64,000 nucleotides of DNA from Octopus vulgaris (lineage: Eukaryota). Below, piece after piece: positions 1-44,300 of the stretch. The notes below the pieces were generated by a model, which saw only the letters and a list, made by a program, of their open reading frames with translations, was not told the origin of the DNA and did not search any database. A program made the position numbers and the translations under genes. Every line of letters begins with the position of its first letter. The stretch's first letter is position 1. The stretch is taken from the NCBI GenBank assembly GCA_951406725.2, contig OX597836.1, forward strand, positions 19,282,001-19,346,000, written 5' to 3'.

Positions 1-254
1 AATTGGGGGGTAGGGGGATTAAAATTTTGAAATGCCAATTTTTTTTTTTGTAGATTCGGAATCTTCACAGTCAAAAAGATGAGTTTCTGTAGAAATAAAC
101 CAAAAATAAAAAAAAAAAACCGAAAGGGGATGCCGTCCATATCCTTTACCTCTGCTTCCAAGGTAAAATTCTTCATGCATCACACATATGGAAGTAATTG
201 GTGAAGCTGTTTTCACATGAAAGGCAAATACACACACATCTCTATTTTATATAT

Positions 255-520
255 TAGATTTCTTCATTATATGAAAGATGAAAATGTTTGAATTTAGTAG
301 ATTTCTTTATTATATGAAGGTAAGTAGGTTGCACTTTTGTAGATTTCTTCAGTAAAATTTTGAATTTTGTAGATTTCTTCAATGTATGAAAAATAAGATA
401 TTTGCATTTTTATAGAAAGTATTTTTATTATATGAAAGATAAGAAGTTCACATCTTTGAAAAAGATTTCTTCATTATATGAAAGATAAAATTTTGCATTT
501 TTGTAGCAGATTTCCTCATT
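255..520. repeat. Degenerate minisatellite with a unit of about 42 bp
   Basis: Repeated TAGATTTCTTCATTATATGAAAGAT motif. Confidence 0.7.
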
Positions 521-1242
521 ATATTAACCCTTTAGTGTTCGCATTATTCTGCCAAAATTAATGCTTTTTTATCCACATTGTTTTGAATTAATCATGCATT
601 ATCTTGTAGCTATGAGATTTTGATGAGGTAGCTGTTAATTTTTAAAACAATATTGTAGGGTTGGTGTGAGAGACCAGATCCGGCCAGTTTGGACATAAAA
701 CAGGCAGAAATGCATTATATTAAAGATATGTAGTTTGAATTTTTGTACATTTGTTCATTCAGCAGCAAGCAGTATAGTTTGAAAGTTTGTTTCATAACCA
801 GATGGTTCATAACCACAAAAGGATGAAAGGCAAAGGTGACTTTGGCAGAATTTGAACTCAAAACATAAAGGCGGGAAAAATTCTACCAAGCATTTTGCCC
901 AGAGTGCTAACGGTTCTACCGGCTTGTTGCCTTACCTATAAATATACTAACCCTTTAGTGTTCAGATTATTCTATCAAACATAATGCTTATTGATTTGAA
1001 TTAATCATGCATTATCTCATATCTTCAAGATCTTGATGGTGTAATTACTTAATGTAGAATAACATTGTAGGGTAGGTGTGAGAGCCTGGATCTGGTCAGT
1101 TTGAACATAAAACAGATTAGTTATTTTGGCCGGATATGGCCGGTTTAAATACTAAAGGGTTAAAATATGTCCAAATGTTTTGGTAAGTCATGTTTGAAGC
1201 TTGGTAAGAATTACCAAGGAAACTGTGTCTCCTGTTTGAGTT

Positions 1243-32994
<31,752 letters not shown>

Positions 32995-33311
32995 CCTGCC
33001 ACAACGTGTTGATGTTTTAATTTACGCGCCACACTCGTCAGGTCTTTTTTAATTATGTCACATTTTCGAACACCAGAAAACTACCCCGAATAAAAAAACC
33101 CAATATTATTTCTTACCGAACAAAAAAAATACACAACCTATTTATTATTGTTGTTGGTATTTAACTAAAATTGTAAATTTACAAAACAGAAAAATAACCC
33201 AAGAATCTAATTCGCTTTGAGTATAATTAGTAATCGACGGCTTGGAGTAAGAAGCTAGGCTCCAAGGTTAAATTGCATTTGATTCCAAGATTCTTTCCAC
33301 CACAGTCAACG
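32995..33311. promoter_or_regulatory. Putative bidirectional promoter shared by MCM9 and ISCU
   Basis: Only 317 bp separate the divergent ATGs and the interval is repeat-free. It contains an E2F-like TTACGCGC (33022-33029) and a CHR-like TTCGAA (33065-33070). Confidence 0.7.
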
Positions 33312-33395
33312 ATGGCCCTTCTTCGTAACGTTGCTTATTCTCTCAGGACTCTGACCGAATCAAAGAATGTTGTTGTGGCTTTATATCACAAAAAT
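33312..33395 (+). CDS. ISCU: ISCU exon 1 (MALLRNVAYSLRTLTESKNVVVALYHKN)
   Basis: ATG followed by an open frame ending in the conserved LYHK. Donor gtaagc, phase 0. Confidence 0.9.
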
Positions 33396-34665
33396 GTAAG
33401 CTAATATCTATCTATCTATTATTATTATTATTATTACCTTAACATATCTCAATGTTTTGTAGAACTGAAAAAACACGGGAAACGTTTCTAAGTTTTTGTT
33501 TTGCTTTGGACGAATACTTCCTGTTTTAATTTTATTTAGACCTTGTCATGTTTATCTTTAAATATTTGTTATTTTATTCCGTCTACTCTTCGTCTCCACA
33601 ACACTGCATAATTACACGTAAAGAAAAACTAAACCAGTAATGTATTTCTTTACTACCCACAAGGGGCTAAACACAGAGGAGACAAACAAGGACAGACAGA
33701 CAAACGGATCAAGTCGATTACATCGACCCCCAGTGCGTAAATGGTACTTAATTTATCGACCCCTGAAAGGATGAAAGGCAAAGTCGACCTCGGCGGAATT
33801 TGAACTCAGAACGTAACGTAAACCAGTAATGGTCTGCATCGCCTATAAAAACCATCACTAATACTTCGTAAAGCCAGATAAGTTCGTGTTTCATAACAAG
33901 TGAGATCTTATCTGCCCCTCCGGCCACTCGACTTTATATTAATTACGTCTCCGAAAACAGCTTCCACGCTGAGATGTCATCTTGCTTAACCTTTTTTTAA
34001 TGAAAGTATTACATAAGTATTATATCATTCCTTAACATTTTAAGGCTAAATTAACGAAAGATCGCCAATTAAGTATTACATAATGCCCCTAGTTATTTTA
34101 CCTGGTCATTATAGACGAGAGCTGAAATACAACGTAGTTCGGATCCTTCAGATATTTTTGTTGTTCGTTCATTTAACTAATGCGATCTTCATATTGCGTA
34201 TTATCGACCAACATTTAATTTGTCTCATTATTAAAACAGTTAATTCTGGAACACCCTGTATGGTGTATGCGTTGTTTATTCTGTTGCTCGAGTTAAAATT
34301 AGAATCAGGGGTCTTTTCACCGTAAACATCCCATCTTTTTGTTAAGCATATTGTATCAAGCAATATATTATCTAAAATGTATCTCTCCTTTATAGGCGTG
34401 GCTGTGTGGTTGAGAAGCTTGCTTTCCAACCATGTCACCTTCGGTTCGGTCCCACTGTGCTGTATGTTGGACATTTCTCCTTCATTACAGCACCGTGTCG
34501 ACCAAAGCCTTCGGTATTATATAATTGCCGTTACTGCGTAGAAGTATAAAATAGCACATATCACTCACATGTTATTATCATTTAATAAACAAACTTAAGT
34601 TCGTGTATGAAATTCGTGTCTTTTCTACTGCAGTTATTACGTGTTTTCTTTTCACACTTACAGGA

Positions 34666-34720
<55 letters not shown>

Positions 34721-37700
34721 TTTCGATGTCGCTCCCGAGAAAGAGTACAAGTAATTACCCGATCCAGGACGGGTATTGCTGCTAGGATATCTATCTATCT
34801 ATATGTATATGGAAAGATCCCCCCCCCTCATTTTCTCTTTTTCGGATACGGAGATTCCGGGAAATTGCCAAAAATCGGAATTTTGAAATTTCCCCCTCCC
34901 AATTGCTTCATTTTTCTCTAAAACCATAACCCTAGGCCTAAAACCCTAACGCTATCACCTTAACACTAACCCTAACCCTAAGTAGAAAAGATTTTCAAAT
35001 ATTTTTGGAGATTTATTTCAGACTCATAATCTGAGTATTTTTCCGCATATTTTGAAAGAAAAAAAAATTCTGAAAACAGTTAAAAATGAAGAATTTAGGT
35101 GGGGGTTAATTTTAAAATGCCGATTTTTGCCAATTTTTTTGCAGATTCGTATTCTCCGTAGTCGAAAACGGGGGTTTGTGTAGAAATAAAAAAGTTAAAT
35201 GAAAAAAAAAAGGGGTGTTTTTACAAAAGGAAGTCTAGCCAAGTATATATATATTTATATATATCTTTATCTTATATCTTATATATATATAAACATGAGA
35301 ATGTGTGTCTGTGAATCCCTAATACTTGAGAACTGCACAACCAATTTCATACAAATTTTACACATGCCTTACTTAAGGTCCATGTAGTGTCATAGGCCCA
35401 AAAAATTTTTAACTTCTCGCCTAGTGCGAGCCCACAGCAATATCATATCTTCTCCACTATTTCAGTATTATGTGTCAAAAGTGAAACAATAACATCTATA
35501 TTGTAATGTCAGATACTTTCACTTTAATAGTTTCACTTTAATACTGAAATTATTATCTCACATATATACAGGCATACATACATATATACATATATATATA
35601 ATATATATTATGTATGTATGTATATATATATTGTGTGGTAAGTAGCTTGCTTACCAGCCACATGGTTCCGAGTTCAGTTCCACTGCGTGGCACCTTGGGC
35701 AAGTGTCTTCTACTATAGCCTCGGGCCAACCAAAGCCTTGTGAGTGGATTTGGTAGACGGAAACTGAAAGAAGCGTATGTGTATGTGTGTTTGTCTGGGA
35801 CATAAATTGTAAAAATTGAGACAAGGTCAATGTGTATCAGCAGAAATAAGGTAACAACAGGATTAGACATTGTATGATTATCAATCTATATGTTCTGTAA
35901 CTCACCTGAGACAACCCCAGCTCTATGACCCAAGCGTTTTGTTTTAGTGTGATCTAAATTAAACCATCCTTTCATTAAACTTTCATATCAATTTCTGTTC
36001 TAAAAACCAGCTTAATAATCATGACAAAGTTATTTAACAAAATTCTTTATTGTTTCCAAAATTAATTGAAACAAAGTCATTTCATTTCAAAAGATAAATG
36101 GTGAGAAAAGGGTTAATCATCATCATCATCATCATCGTTTAACGTCCGTTCTCCATGCTAGCATGGGTTGGACGGTTCGACCGGGGATCTGGGAAGCCAG
36201 AAGGCTGCACCAGGCTCCGGTCTTATCTGGCAATGTTTCTACAGCTGGATGCACTTCCTAACGCCAACCACTCCGTGAGTGTAGTGGGTGCTTTTTACGT
36301 GCCACCTGCACTGGTGCCAGGCGAGGCTGGCATCGGCCACGGTCGGATTGGTGCATTTTACGTGCCACCGGCACGGAAACCAGTTGAGGCGGCACTGGCT
36401 TCGGCCACGATTCGGATGGTGCTTTTTACGTGCCACCGACACTGTTAAATACTTTATTTCTAAAAAGTATTATGGCCCTTCTAAACATTCTGTGCACACT
36501 TATGAGCTCATAACGTTCTCTCCACTCTCAGAAGTTTCTAGTACACAGGTTTACTACAGCACTCGTCGATTGTACTAATGATTAACACCTTAGTATTATA
36601 ATAACTACTAGCACTATGACCCGGCGTTGTCGGGTCTAGTGCTAGTCAAGCATATTTGGTCTTTCATGAAAATCCCTATCTCTTGACATTCACCTGGTCT
36701 AACTCGTTAATTACTCCCTGCATTTCTCAAATCAAAAAAGCTTGCACATTTGGTGTGATACATAACAAAGGGAGGGAAATGCAGAGTTTTAAAGAGTTAT
36801 TTCTCTTGGTATGGTTTAATATCGACTTTTGTTACCTGAAACATAACGGGTCGGTTTATTGATTTTTTTTTTTTAATGGCTTTGCAGGGTGACTGGGGAA
36901 AGATGTGTGCGACCACCCTTGGATGGTTTTGAATGACTATAGAAAGTGCGAGCCCTCTAACTGATAAATTGTGGATTTGTATAAAGGACACGCACATAAA
37001 CACAGACATTTTGCCGTTTATATATATAGAGATGTATAAAGGACACACACACAGACATTTTGCCGTTTATATATAGAGAGATAGCTGTTGGTGTTATTAC
37101 CACCTCATCAGATAGTGGCAGTTGCATAACCACAATGATACATTTTGCTGATAAATAAATCAATTTTCAGATATGTACTTGCCAGACTAGTGATTTGATG
37201 ACAGATTGTGTAGCCATTCAAAAACTCATAAAAGAATTGTTGGCTTAAACATTTTTTATTCGGTGTCAAAACATTTGTCACACTCTACAACCTACTCGCA
37301 ATTCTGCTGTAAATTATTTGTTATCAACCTCTGTTTTATTTTTATTCATTAATTATTCATTTCAATGATTAGGTGATTGACCATTTCGAAAATCCCCGTA
37401 ATGTTGGTTCACTTGATAAGAATGATAACAACACAGGTACAGGACTTGTTGGGGCCCCTGCTTGTGGGGATGTCATGAAATTACAGGTAAGTCTAGACAG
37501 AGTTGTTTCCCTTCGTTTTTATCTTTTTTTCTTCTTTTATCCTTTTTATTTATTTCAGTCATTGTACTGCTGCCATGCTAGCATGGGTTGGACGGTTTTT
37601 ACTGAGGGCTGGCAAACCACATGGCTGCACCAGGCTCCAATCTTGATCTGGCAGAGTTTCTACAGCTGGATGCCCTTCCTAACGTCAACCACTCGGGGGA

Positions 37701-40700
37701 TGTGCTAATTAATAAGAATGTTAACTGCCATAATTACATGTAATACGAAGTAGCTATGTGTTTCCTCTACAGCAAGATAGGCGCAGGAGTGGGTGTGTGG
37801 TAAGTAGCTTGCTTACCAACCACATGGTTCCGGGTTTGGTCCCAGTGCGTGGCACCTTGGGCAAGTGTCTTCTACTATAGCCTTGGGTCAACCAAAGCCT
37901 TGTGAGTGGATTTGGTAGACGGAAACTGAAAGAAGCCTGTCGTATATATGTATATACATATATATATATATGTGTGTATATATGTATGTGTATATGTTTG
38001 TGTGTCTGTGTTTGTTCCCCCAACATCGCTTGACAACCGATGCTGGTGTGTTTACATCCCCGTAACTTAGCTGTTCGGCAAAAGAGACCGATAGTATAAG
38101 TACTAGGCTTACAAAGAATATGTCCTGGGGTCGATTTGCTCAACTAAAGTCTGTGCTCCAGCATGGCCACAGTCAAATGACTGAAACAAGTAAAAGAGAG
38201 TTCCTGTCGCTCCGTCATACTTTTAGTCTCTCAACACCTGGCGTTAAGGTTTCTATTTCTTTGTCTTGCAAGTTTCATGGTAACTTCTCTACTTCTGATG
38301 CCAAGAAAAAATCGCTCAATACACTTTATAAAGTGGTTGTTGCTAGGAAGGATATCCAGCCATAGAAACCATGCCAAAGCAGATTACGGAGCACCATGCG
38401 GTCGTCCAAGCTTGTCAGAGCCAGCATGGAAACCATGTCAAAGTATGATAATGATGACGAATTAGTCTGAAAAAAAAACCATGTTTGTTTTTTTTAATTA
38501 TAATAATAATGAAATTATTGTATACAGTGCTCAGGTGCACCACAGCTTGTCAGAGAATATGCAGTAATGTACAAATGTCTGGAAAGCGAACAATGTATGA
38601 GTCAGATACATGCTTGTGTGTGTATGGAGGGGAGAAAATCAGGTGTAGTGTTGGCGAATCTCAGGAAGCATGGAAGTTTTGAAGGATGCAGTGCTCCGAC
38701 AACTAACAACTGATGCTGGCAGTTTGTTCCATGCTTCAGCAACTCTCAGCGTGAAAAAATGTTTCCTGAAGTCATGGGAGCTGTGCTGTTTTCTAACTTT
38801 GTAAATATATCCATGGGTGTTAGATGGGTGGAGTTTGAAAAGGTGCTCAGAATTATTGTTTGTACGATGGTTGATAATTTTATGGGTGTCTGCCAAGTCA
38901 GCTGCCAGACGTCGGAGTTTCAATGTGTCCATGCCCAGGGAACTAATGTTGTTGTAATATTTTCTCTACAGATTAAAGTTGATGATAATGGGAAAATAAT
39001 TGATGCTAAATTTAAAACTTTCGGTTGCGGCTCAGCCATTGCCTCCAGTTCCCTTGCAACTGAATGGGTGAAAGGTAAATCGGTGAGTACCCACACGTTT
39101 TTTTTTTTTTTCTGCTAATAACGTTGAAATATTCCTTTTTCCTCTTAATTCTCTTTATTAGCTGGGTTACCGCTTTCAAAGGTTTCACTGGTTTGTCTTA
39201 TACTTCTTTTCATTGACTTCAAGGCAAGGAAAAGGCAGTCGACTCGAGTATAGAAGGGGACATAACCAAAAAATATCAAGGGAGGTAATCGGCGCAATTA
39301 TTCTGCCAGTTTTATGTTGAAGCTGACCAGATCCGGCCTCTCACACCTACCCAGCGATGTCATTCTAAGAATAAACAATCACATCATCAAAATTTCAAAT
39401 CTACGAGATAATGCACGATTAATCTAAAATAATATGAATAAACAATACATTTGACAGAGTAATCTGAATCCTAAAAGGTTAGATTAGTATCCCTGCATGT
39501 TAAAAGAGGCAACAAAATAGTTTGGATCTTTTCGGTTTGAACGGCAGTTTTTTCTAGCGGTGCCATATGAAATTGTCACCCATAATTATGACCCTAGTAT
39601 CGATCTATTGCATTTGGTGTGGCTCACCGGCTTACCAGTTCCAGTCACACCCTCTAACCCATACCAACATGGGAAGCAGACGCTAAATGATTATTATTAT
39701 TACTATTATTATTATTGTTGTTATTATTATTATTGTGCTGGTGGCACGTAAAAAGCACCATTTGACTGTGGCCGTTTGCTAGCCCGGTCTGGCACCTGTG
39801 CCGGTGGCACGTAAAAAGCACCCACTGCACTCACGGAGTGGTTGGCGTTAGGAAGGGCATCCAGCCATAGAAACACTGCCAGATCAGACTGGGCCTGGTG
39901 CAGCCTTCTGGCTTCCCAGACCCCAGTTGAACTGTCCAACCCATGCTAGCATGGAAAGCAGACGCTAGATGATGATGATGATGATGATTGTTATTAGTAT
40001 TGTTGTTATTGTTATTATTATTATTAACTTTCTTTTTCATGTTTCTGTTATAAAACTTTTAGGTCACTGAAGCTGCATCCATAAAGAACAGTGAGATAGC
40101 TAAAGAACTATGTCTTCCACCAGTAAAGCTACATTGTTCCAGTAAGTGAATTTATCTTTAACTATTTAGGGGTTGATAAAATAAGTACCAGTTGAGCATC
40201 GGGACCATTCAATGACCTTACTCTTTCCCCTACAATTGCTGGCCTCCTACCAACGTCTGAAATAATTATTATGTTCCATCCGAAACAGATTAGATTGCAA
40301 AAAAAATAGATTTAACCCAGATTACTTAACCCTTTAGCATTCAAACCGGCTCAAATATTCTACTTGTTTTATGCCCAAATTGGCCAGATCCGACCTTTCA
40401 TACCTATCGCACAATGTGATTATGAAAAATAAGCAATCACATTATTGAAATCTTGAAGCTATGAGACAGTGCATGGTTGATTCAAAACAATGTGAATAAA
40501 TATCCATTACATTTGACGGAGTAATCTGAATACTAAAGGGTTAATGTCTGTTTTCCAAGCTAGGATGGGCTGGATGGTTTGACATGAGCTGGGTAGCTGA
40601 AGAGCCACCCTGGTTTCCATGTCTGTGTTTGGCATAGTTTCTCAGGTTGGATGCCCTTCCTAACACTTCACAGAGTGTACTGAGTAGTTTTACACGGCAC

Positions 40701-42466
40701 CAGCATGAGTGCTTCTACATGGCACCTGCATGGGTCCTTTTTATGTGGCACCAATACCTACAAGCCCACAAAATTAGGATCACTCTGCTGAAGAGGGATG
40801 CAGGGGACAGGCGTGTATGCAAGGGCAACCATGATTTTACTTAGCTTGACATGTATTCTCATGCACAGCAAACTGCCAGAAGCCTCAATCTTTTGTCGTC
40901 CCGTGTGTGAGGCCCAACGTCTGAAGATCCTTTCTCACTACTTCGTCCCCACACTTTCCTGGGTCTACCCCTTATGTTCCCTCCACAATTGGCACTTCTT
41001 GATGCAGTTGCTCTCATCCATAAACATTACCTAGATGTTTCTCTGTTTTTTAATATAAGCATCTAGCAGCTGTCTACTGGTGTTGTTTTTGTTTGAGCAA
41101 CATTATAAGAAGACATTCCATGTGACCATCATGTCATGTTTTTGAAATATTATATCTAAGATTACATTCGCTAATCCTCATCACATTAAATTTTCCAGGC
41201 TTGCATGGGCATCCATTCTATGACTAGATGCCCTTCCTGCCACCAGCCCTAATCTGTTTGTAATGTAATATTTTCCTGTGGTTAGACAAGGCTTTTGAAG
41301 AATTTTGGAAGTGAATGGCAATTATCATGTCAAGAAGACACACACACACACGTGCGTGATGAACATCTTTTAGTTTCTCTTTCTCAAATCCACTGACAAG
41401 ACTTTTGTTGGCCAGGGGATTTAGTAGAGGACTCTAGCCCAAGGTGCTGTGCAGTGAGATTGAGCACAAAATCAGATGGTTGGGAAACAAATTTCTCAAC
41501 CATACAGCCACGTCTGAGCCATAACCACAATATTCTTTTTGTTCAATCCCTTATTTGTGATCATCATCATCATCGTTTAACGTCCGCTTTCCATGCTAGC
41601 ATGGGTTGGACGATTTTGACTGAGGGCTGGCGAACCAGATGGCTGCACCAGGCTCCAATCTTGATCTGGCAGAGTTTCTACAGCTGGATGCCCTTCCTAA
41701 CACCAACCACTCCGAGAGTGTAGTAGGTGCTTTTTACATGCCACCGGCACGGGAGCCAGTCAGGCTGTACTGGCAATGACCTCACTCGAATCTTTTTACA
41801 TATGCCACCGGCAGTGAAGCGACGTTGGTAACGATAATGCTCGAATGGTGCCCTTTTACGTGCCACGGGTACGGAAGCCAATTGGCTGCTCTGGCAACGA
41901 TCATGCTCGGATAGTGCTCTTGGCACCCTGCTAGCACAGGCATAAGTGCCAGTAAGGCGACGCTGGTAACGATCATACTCAAATAGCCGTTCTGTCAACG
42001 ATCACACTCGTATGGTGCTCTTTGCACCCAGCTACCACAGATGCCAGTCATCGAATTGATTTTTATTTTGATTTCACTTGCCTCAACAGGTCTTCGCAAG
42101 CAGAGTTTAGTGACCAAAGAAGGAAAAGGTATGCATAAGCGGGCTGGTTACGCTCCTTGCATAGGCCACAGGTTATGGTCTCATTTGGCTTGCCGGGTCT
42201 TCTCGAGCACAGCATATTTCCAAAAGTCTCGGTCGCTAGTCTAACAACTTCCAACATGCTTCCTCTGCGATCACATTTTTACTCCTATTGGGTGGGGTTG
42301 ATAATGATGGTGGTAATGATAATATAATAATAATGCTGTTATTATGTTGTGACTGTAATTGTAACAATTATCTGTATTTTCTGTTCTCCTTTTAGTGTTG
42401 GCTGAAGATGCAATCAAAGCAGCGTTAAATGATTACAAGCGAAAGAAGCAACAAGCAAATTCCTGA
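33312..42466 (+). CDS. ISCU: Mitochondrial iron-sulfur cluster assembly scaffold ISCU, complete 5-exon gene (459 nt, 152 aa)
   Basis: YHKNVIDHFENPRNVG, GAPACGD, FGCGSA, LPPVKLHCSM. All three Cys plus the Asp/His ligand residues and the HSP70-binding LPPVK are intact. Arg-containing N-terminal presequence. Confidence 0.97.
34847..35160. mobile_element. TIR element with an internal degenerate (CCCTAA)n tract (related fragment at 1-120)
   Basis: Termini TACGGAGA / TCTCCGTA with longer imperfect inverted arms. Confidence 0.6.
37373..37486 (+). CDS. ISCU: ISCU exon 2 (VIDHFENPRNVG...GAPACGDVMKLQ)
   Basis: attag acceptor and gtaagt donor; 114 nt. Confidence 0.97.
38972..39082 (+). CDS. ISCU: ISCU exon 3 (IKVDDNGKIIDAKFKTFGCGSAIASSSLATEWVKGKS)
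   Basis: tacag acceptor and gtgagt donor; 111 nt. Confidence 0.97.
40063..40141 (+). CDS. ISCU: ISCU exon 4 (VTEAASIKNSEIAKELCLPPVKLHCS)
   Basis: tttag acceptor and gtaagt donor; 79 nt. Confidence 0.97.
41560..42241 (-). mobile_element. RTE-clade LINE 3' end: ORF terminus plus long 3'UTR ending in (GAT)n (about 19 truncated copies in the window)
   Basis: The minus strand reads SDRDFWKYAVLEKTRQAK*, then a UTR with tandem GCCGGTGGCACGTAAAA units and a GGACGTTAAACGATGATGAT tail. Confidence 0.8.
42396..42466 (+). CDS. ISCU: ISCU exon 5 (MLAEDAIKAALNDYKRKKQQANS*)
   Basis: tttag acceptor in phase 1; TGA stop. Confidence 0.95.
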
Positions 42467-42655
42467 AATATTGTGGTATAAAGGAACAAAAACTGCTCTA
42501 AACTAGATTTTCCTGCCTTTGGTCTCACTAAGAATTATTTTAGCAGGACTTGTTGGTTTATAATTCTAATCCTTGCCTATGCCTAGCAGATCACTTCTGA
42601 TCCTTTGACTTTTTACAATGAATGTTTGACTTGTGGGTGGAGCCAACATATCATT

Positions 42656-42661
42656 AATAAA
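42656..42661 (+). terminator. Candidate ISCU polyadenylation signal AATAAA (a second one lies at 42777-42782)
   Basis: Canonical hexamer 190 nt after the stop. The AT-rich background lowers specificity. Confidence 0.35.
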
Positions 42662-43211
42662 ATTATATATTTTAATGAGCTTTTAAATATTAAATATTCA
42701 CACAGCTGTGTGTCTGATGATGATGGTGGTGGTGGTTTTAAACGGACTGAAGAAAATTGAAGCATTTTTTTTAAAAAATAAAATAGGACATACAATCAAG
42801 TATGTATTTATCCAATTATACATTCTAGTAGCTGTGCATTCAAATATACAGTAAGACTTTCCAGTTCGTGTATTTGAGTATATAATAGGACACTAAAACA
42901 GTTATTGAAGCAGTTTTATATATATATATATATATAAACGAAAATGAGATGACATAGGACAAAACAATTGTGTTATGGACTTCATTTGCTTACAGCTGTT
43001 TCGGCTATAAGATGCAGTGTACTCATAGTTGAGTACCAGAATAAAACCTTACAGCTCCATTGGAGCCTCAAATATGAAGTGCAATTTATTTGAGAAAACA
43101 ATTACATTTGTGCCTATATATATAAAGGCATTGCCAATGAGAAAATCAATACAAATGTTTATAAAAAAGTGTTTATCCAAAAGTTAATTAGATCTAATAG
43201 TAGAAATATAG

Positions 43212-43244
<33 letters not shown>

Positions 43245-43339
43245 GGGAAAGTTTACGAAAATAAACAAAAGACGAAGGCAGGTGGAGTACAAACAAACAA
43301 ATGTATTAGTATATCGCTCAGGAATAGAAATAGAAAATG

Positions 43340-43377
43340 TCTTTTACGTTTCGAGCCTACGTTCTTCGACAGAAAGA
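43340..43377 (-). ncRNA. Minimal hammerhead-like motif (variant core CUGUCGAA) in a Penelope-like fragment
   Basis: UCUUU-CUGUCGAA-GAAC GUAG GCUC-GAAAC-GUA-AAAGA. Confidence 0.45.
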
Positions 43378-43447
43378 TACACAGAAAAAAACAAGGAGAG
43401 AAAAAATGCATGTATGGCGTCCTGACCATATATATATATATATATAG

Positions 43448-43504
<57 letters not shown>

Positions 43505-43641
43505 GAATTAAGAGATAAAACCACTATTTTATAAAACCACTGGTTTTATCTCTAATTCATATTTTATATATTTATACTGTGAAATTTGATTTAATACTAA
43601 ATCTAATTTTTTCCCTGTAAGTTTGGAGCCATACTCCCTAA

Positions 43642-43691
<50 letters not shown>

Positions 43692-43786
43692 CAAGTAATG
43701 CAAAAATACATGATGGAGGATATATCAAACTTTCAATAATTATTTAATATATCAATGGCCAAACTTTTTATCATAAAATACATAGA

Positions 43787-44137
43787 AGAAGAGTGTTTAT
43801 AATTATGAACAAGTTAGAATTATAACTGAGTTTCAAAAACACATGTTTAGAAATAGCAGTCAAAACTGCTATAAAAACGCTATTATCACTCATATTATTT
43901 CTCTTCCAGATAAAAGCTGTCTGCAGGCACCATGACGTATAGAATCCACAACTTAAATCCATTTATTTTTAAGTTGTGGATTCTATATGTCATGTTACCC
44001 ACAGACGGTTTTTATTGTGAGGAGAAATAATACGAGTGATAATAGTGGCTTTATAGCAGTTTTGACTGCTATTTCTAAACATGTGTTTTTGAAACCCTCT
44101 TAGTTATAACTTAGTTCATAATTATAAACATACTTCT
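43787..44137. repeat. Approximately 350-bp imperfect inverted repeat
   Basis: Arms of about 170 bp centred near 43960. Confidence 0.85.
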
Positions 44138-44183
<46 letters not shown>

Positions 44184-44233
44184 TGTATGCATGCACTCAA
44201 AAACACCACAATTTTTTTTTGTAAATAAATTGC

Positions 44234-44300
44234 ACTTCATGTTTGAAGCTCTGATGAAGCTGTGAGTCTTATTGCAGAAACGGCTGTTAGCTAATGAAGT
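44234..44300 (+). ncRNA. Type I hammerhead ribozyme-like motif in a Penelope-like repeat
   Basis: ACUUCAU..AGCU-CUGAUGA-A-stem II-A-GAAA-CGGCUG-UU-AGCU..AUGAAGU. The core boxes are intact, stem I has an internal loop, and helix III is near-palindromic. Confidence 0.6.

Noticed and set aside
37082-37116. Minus-strand CUGAUGA-GGUG..CACC-AACAGCUA hammerhead-like string at a Helitron boundary
   Set aside because: The GAAA box and cleavage triplet are missing and several deletions would have to be assumed. At best a decayed relic.
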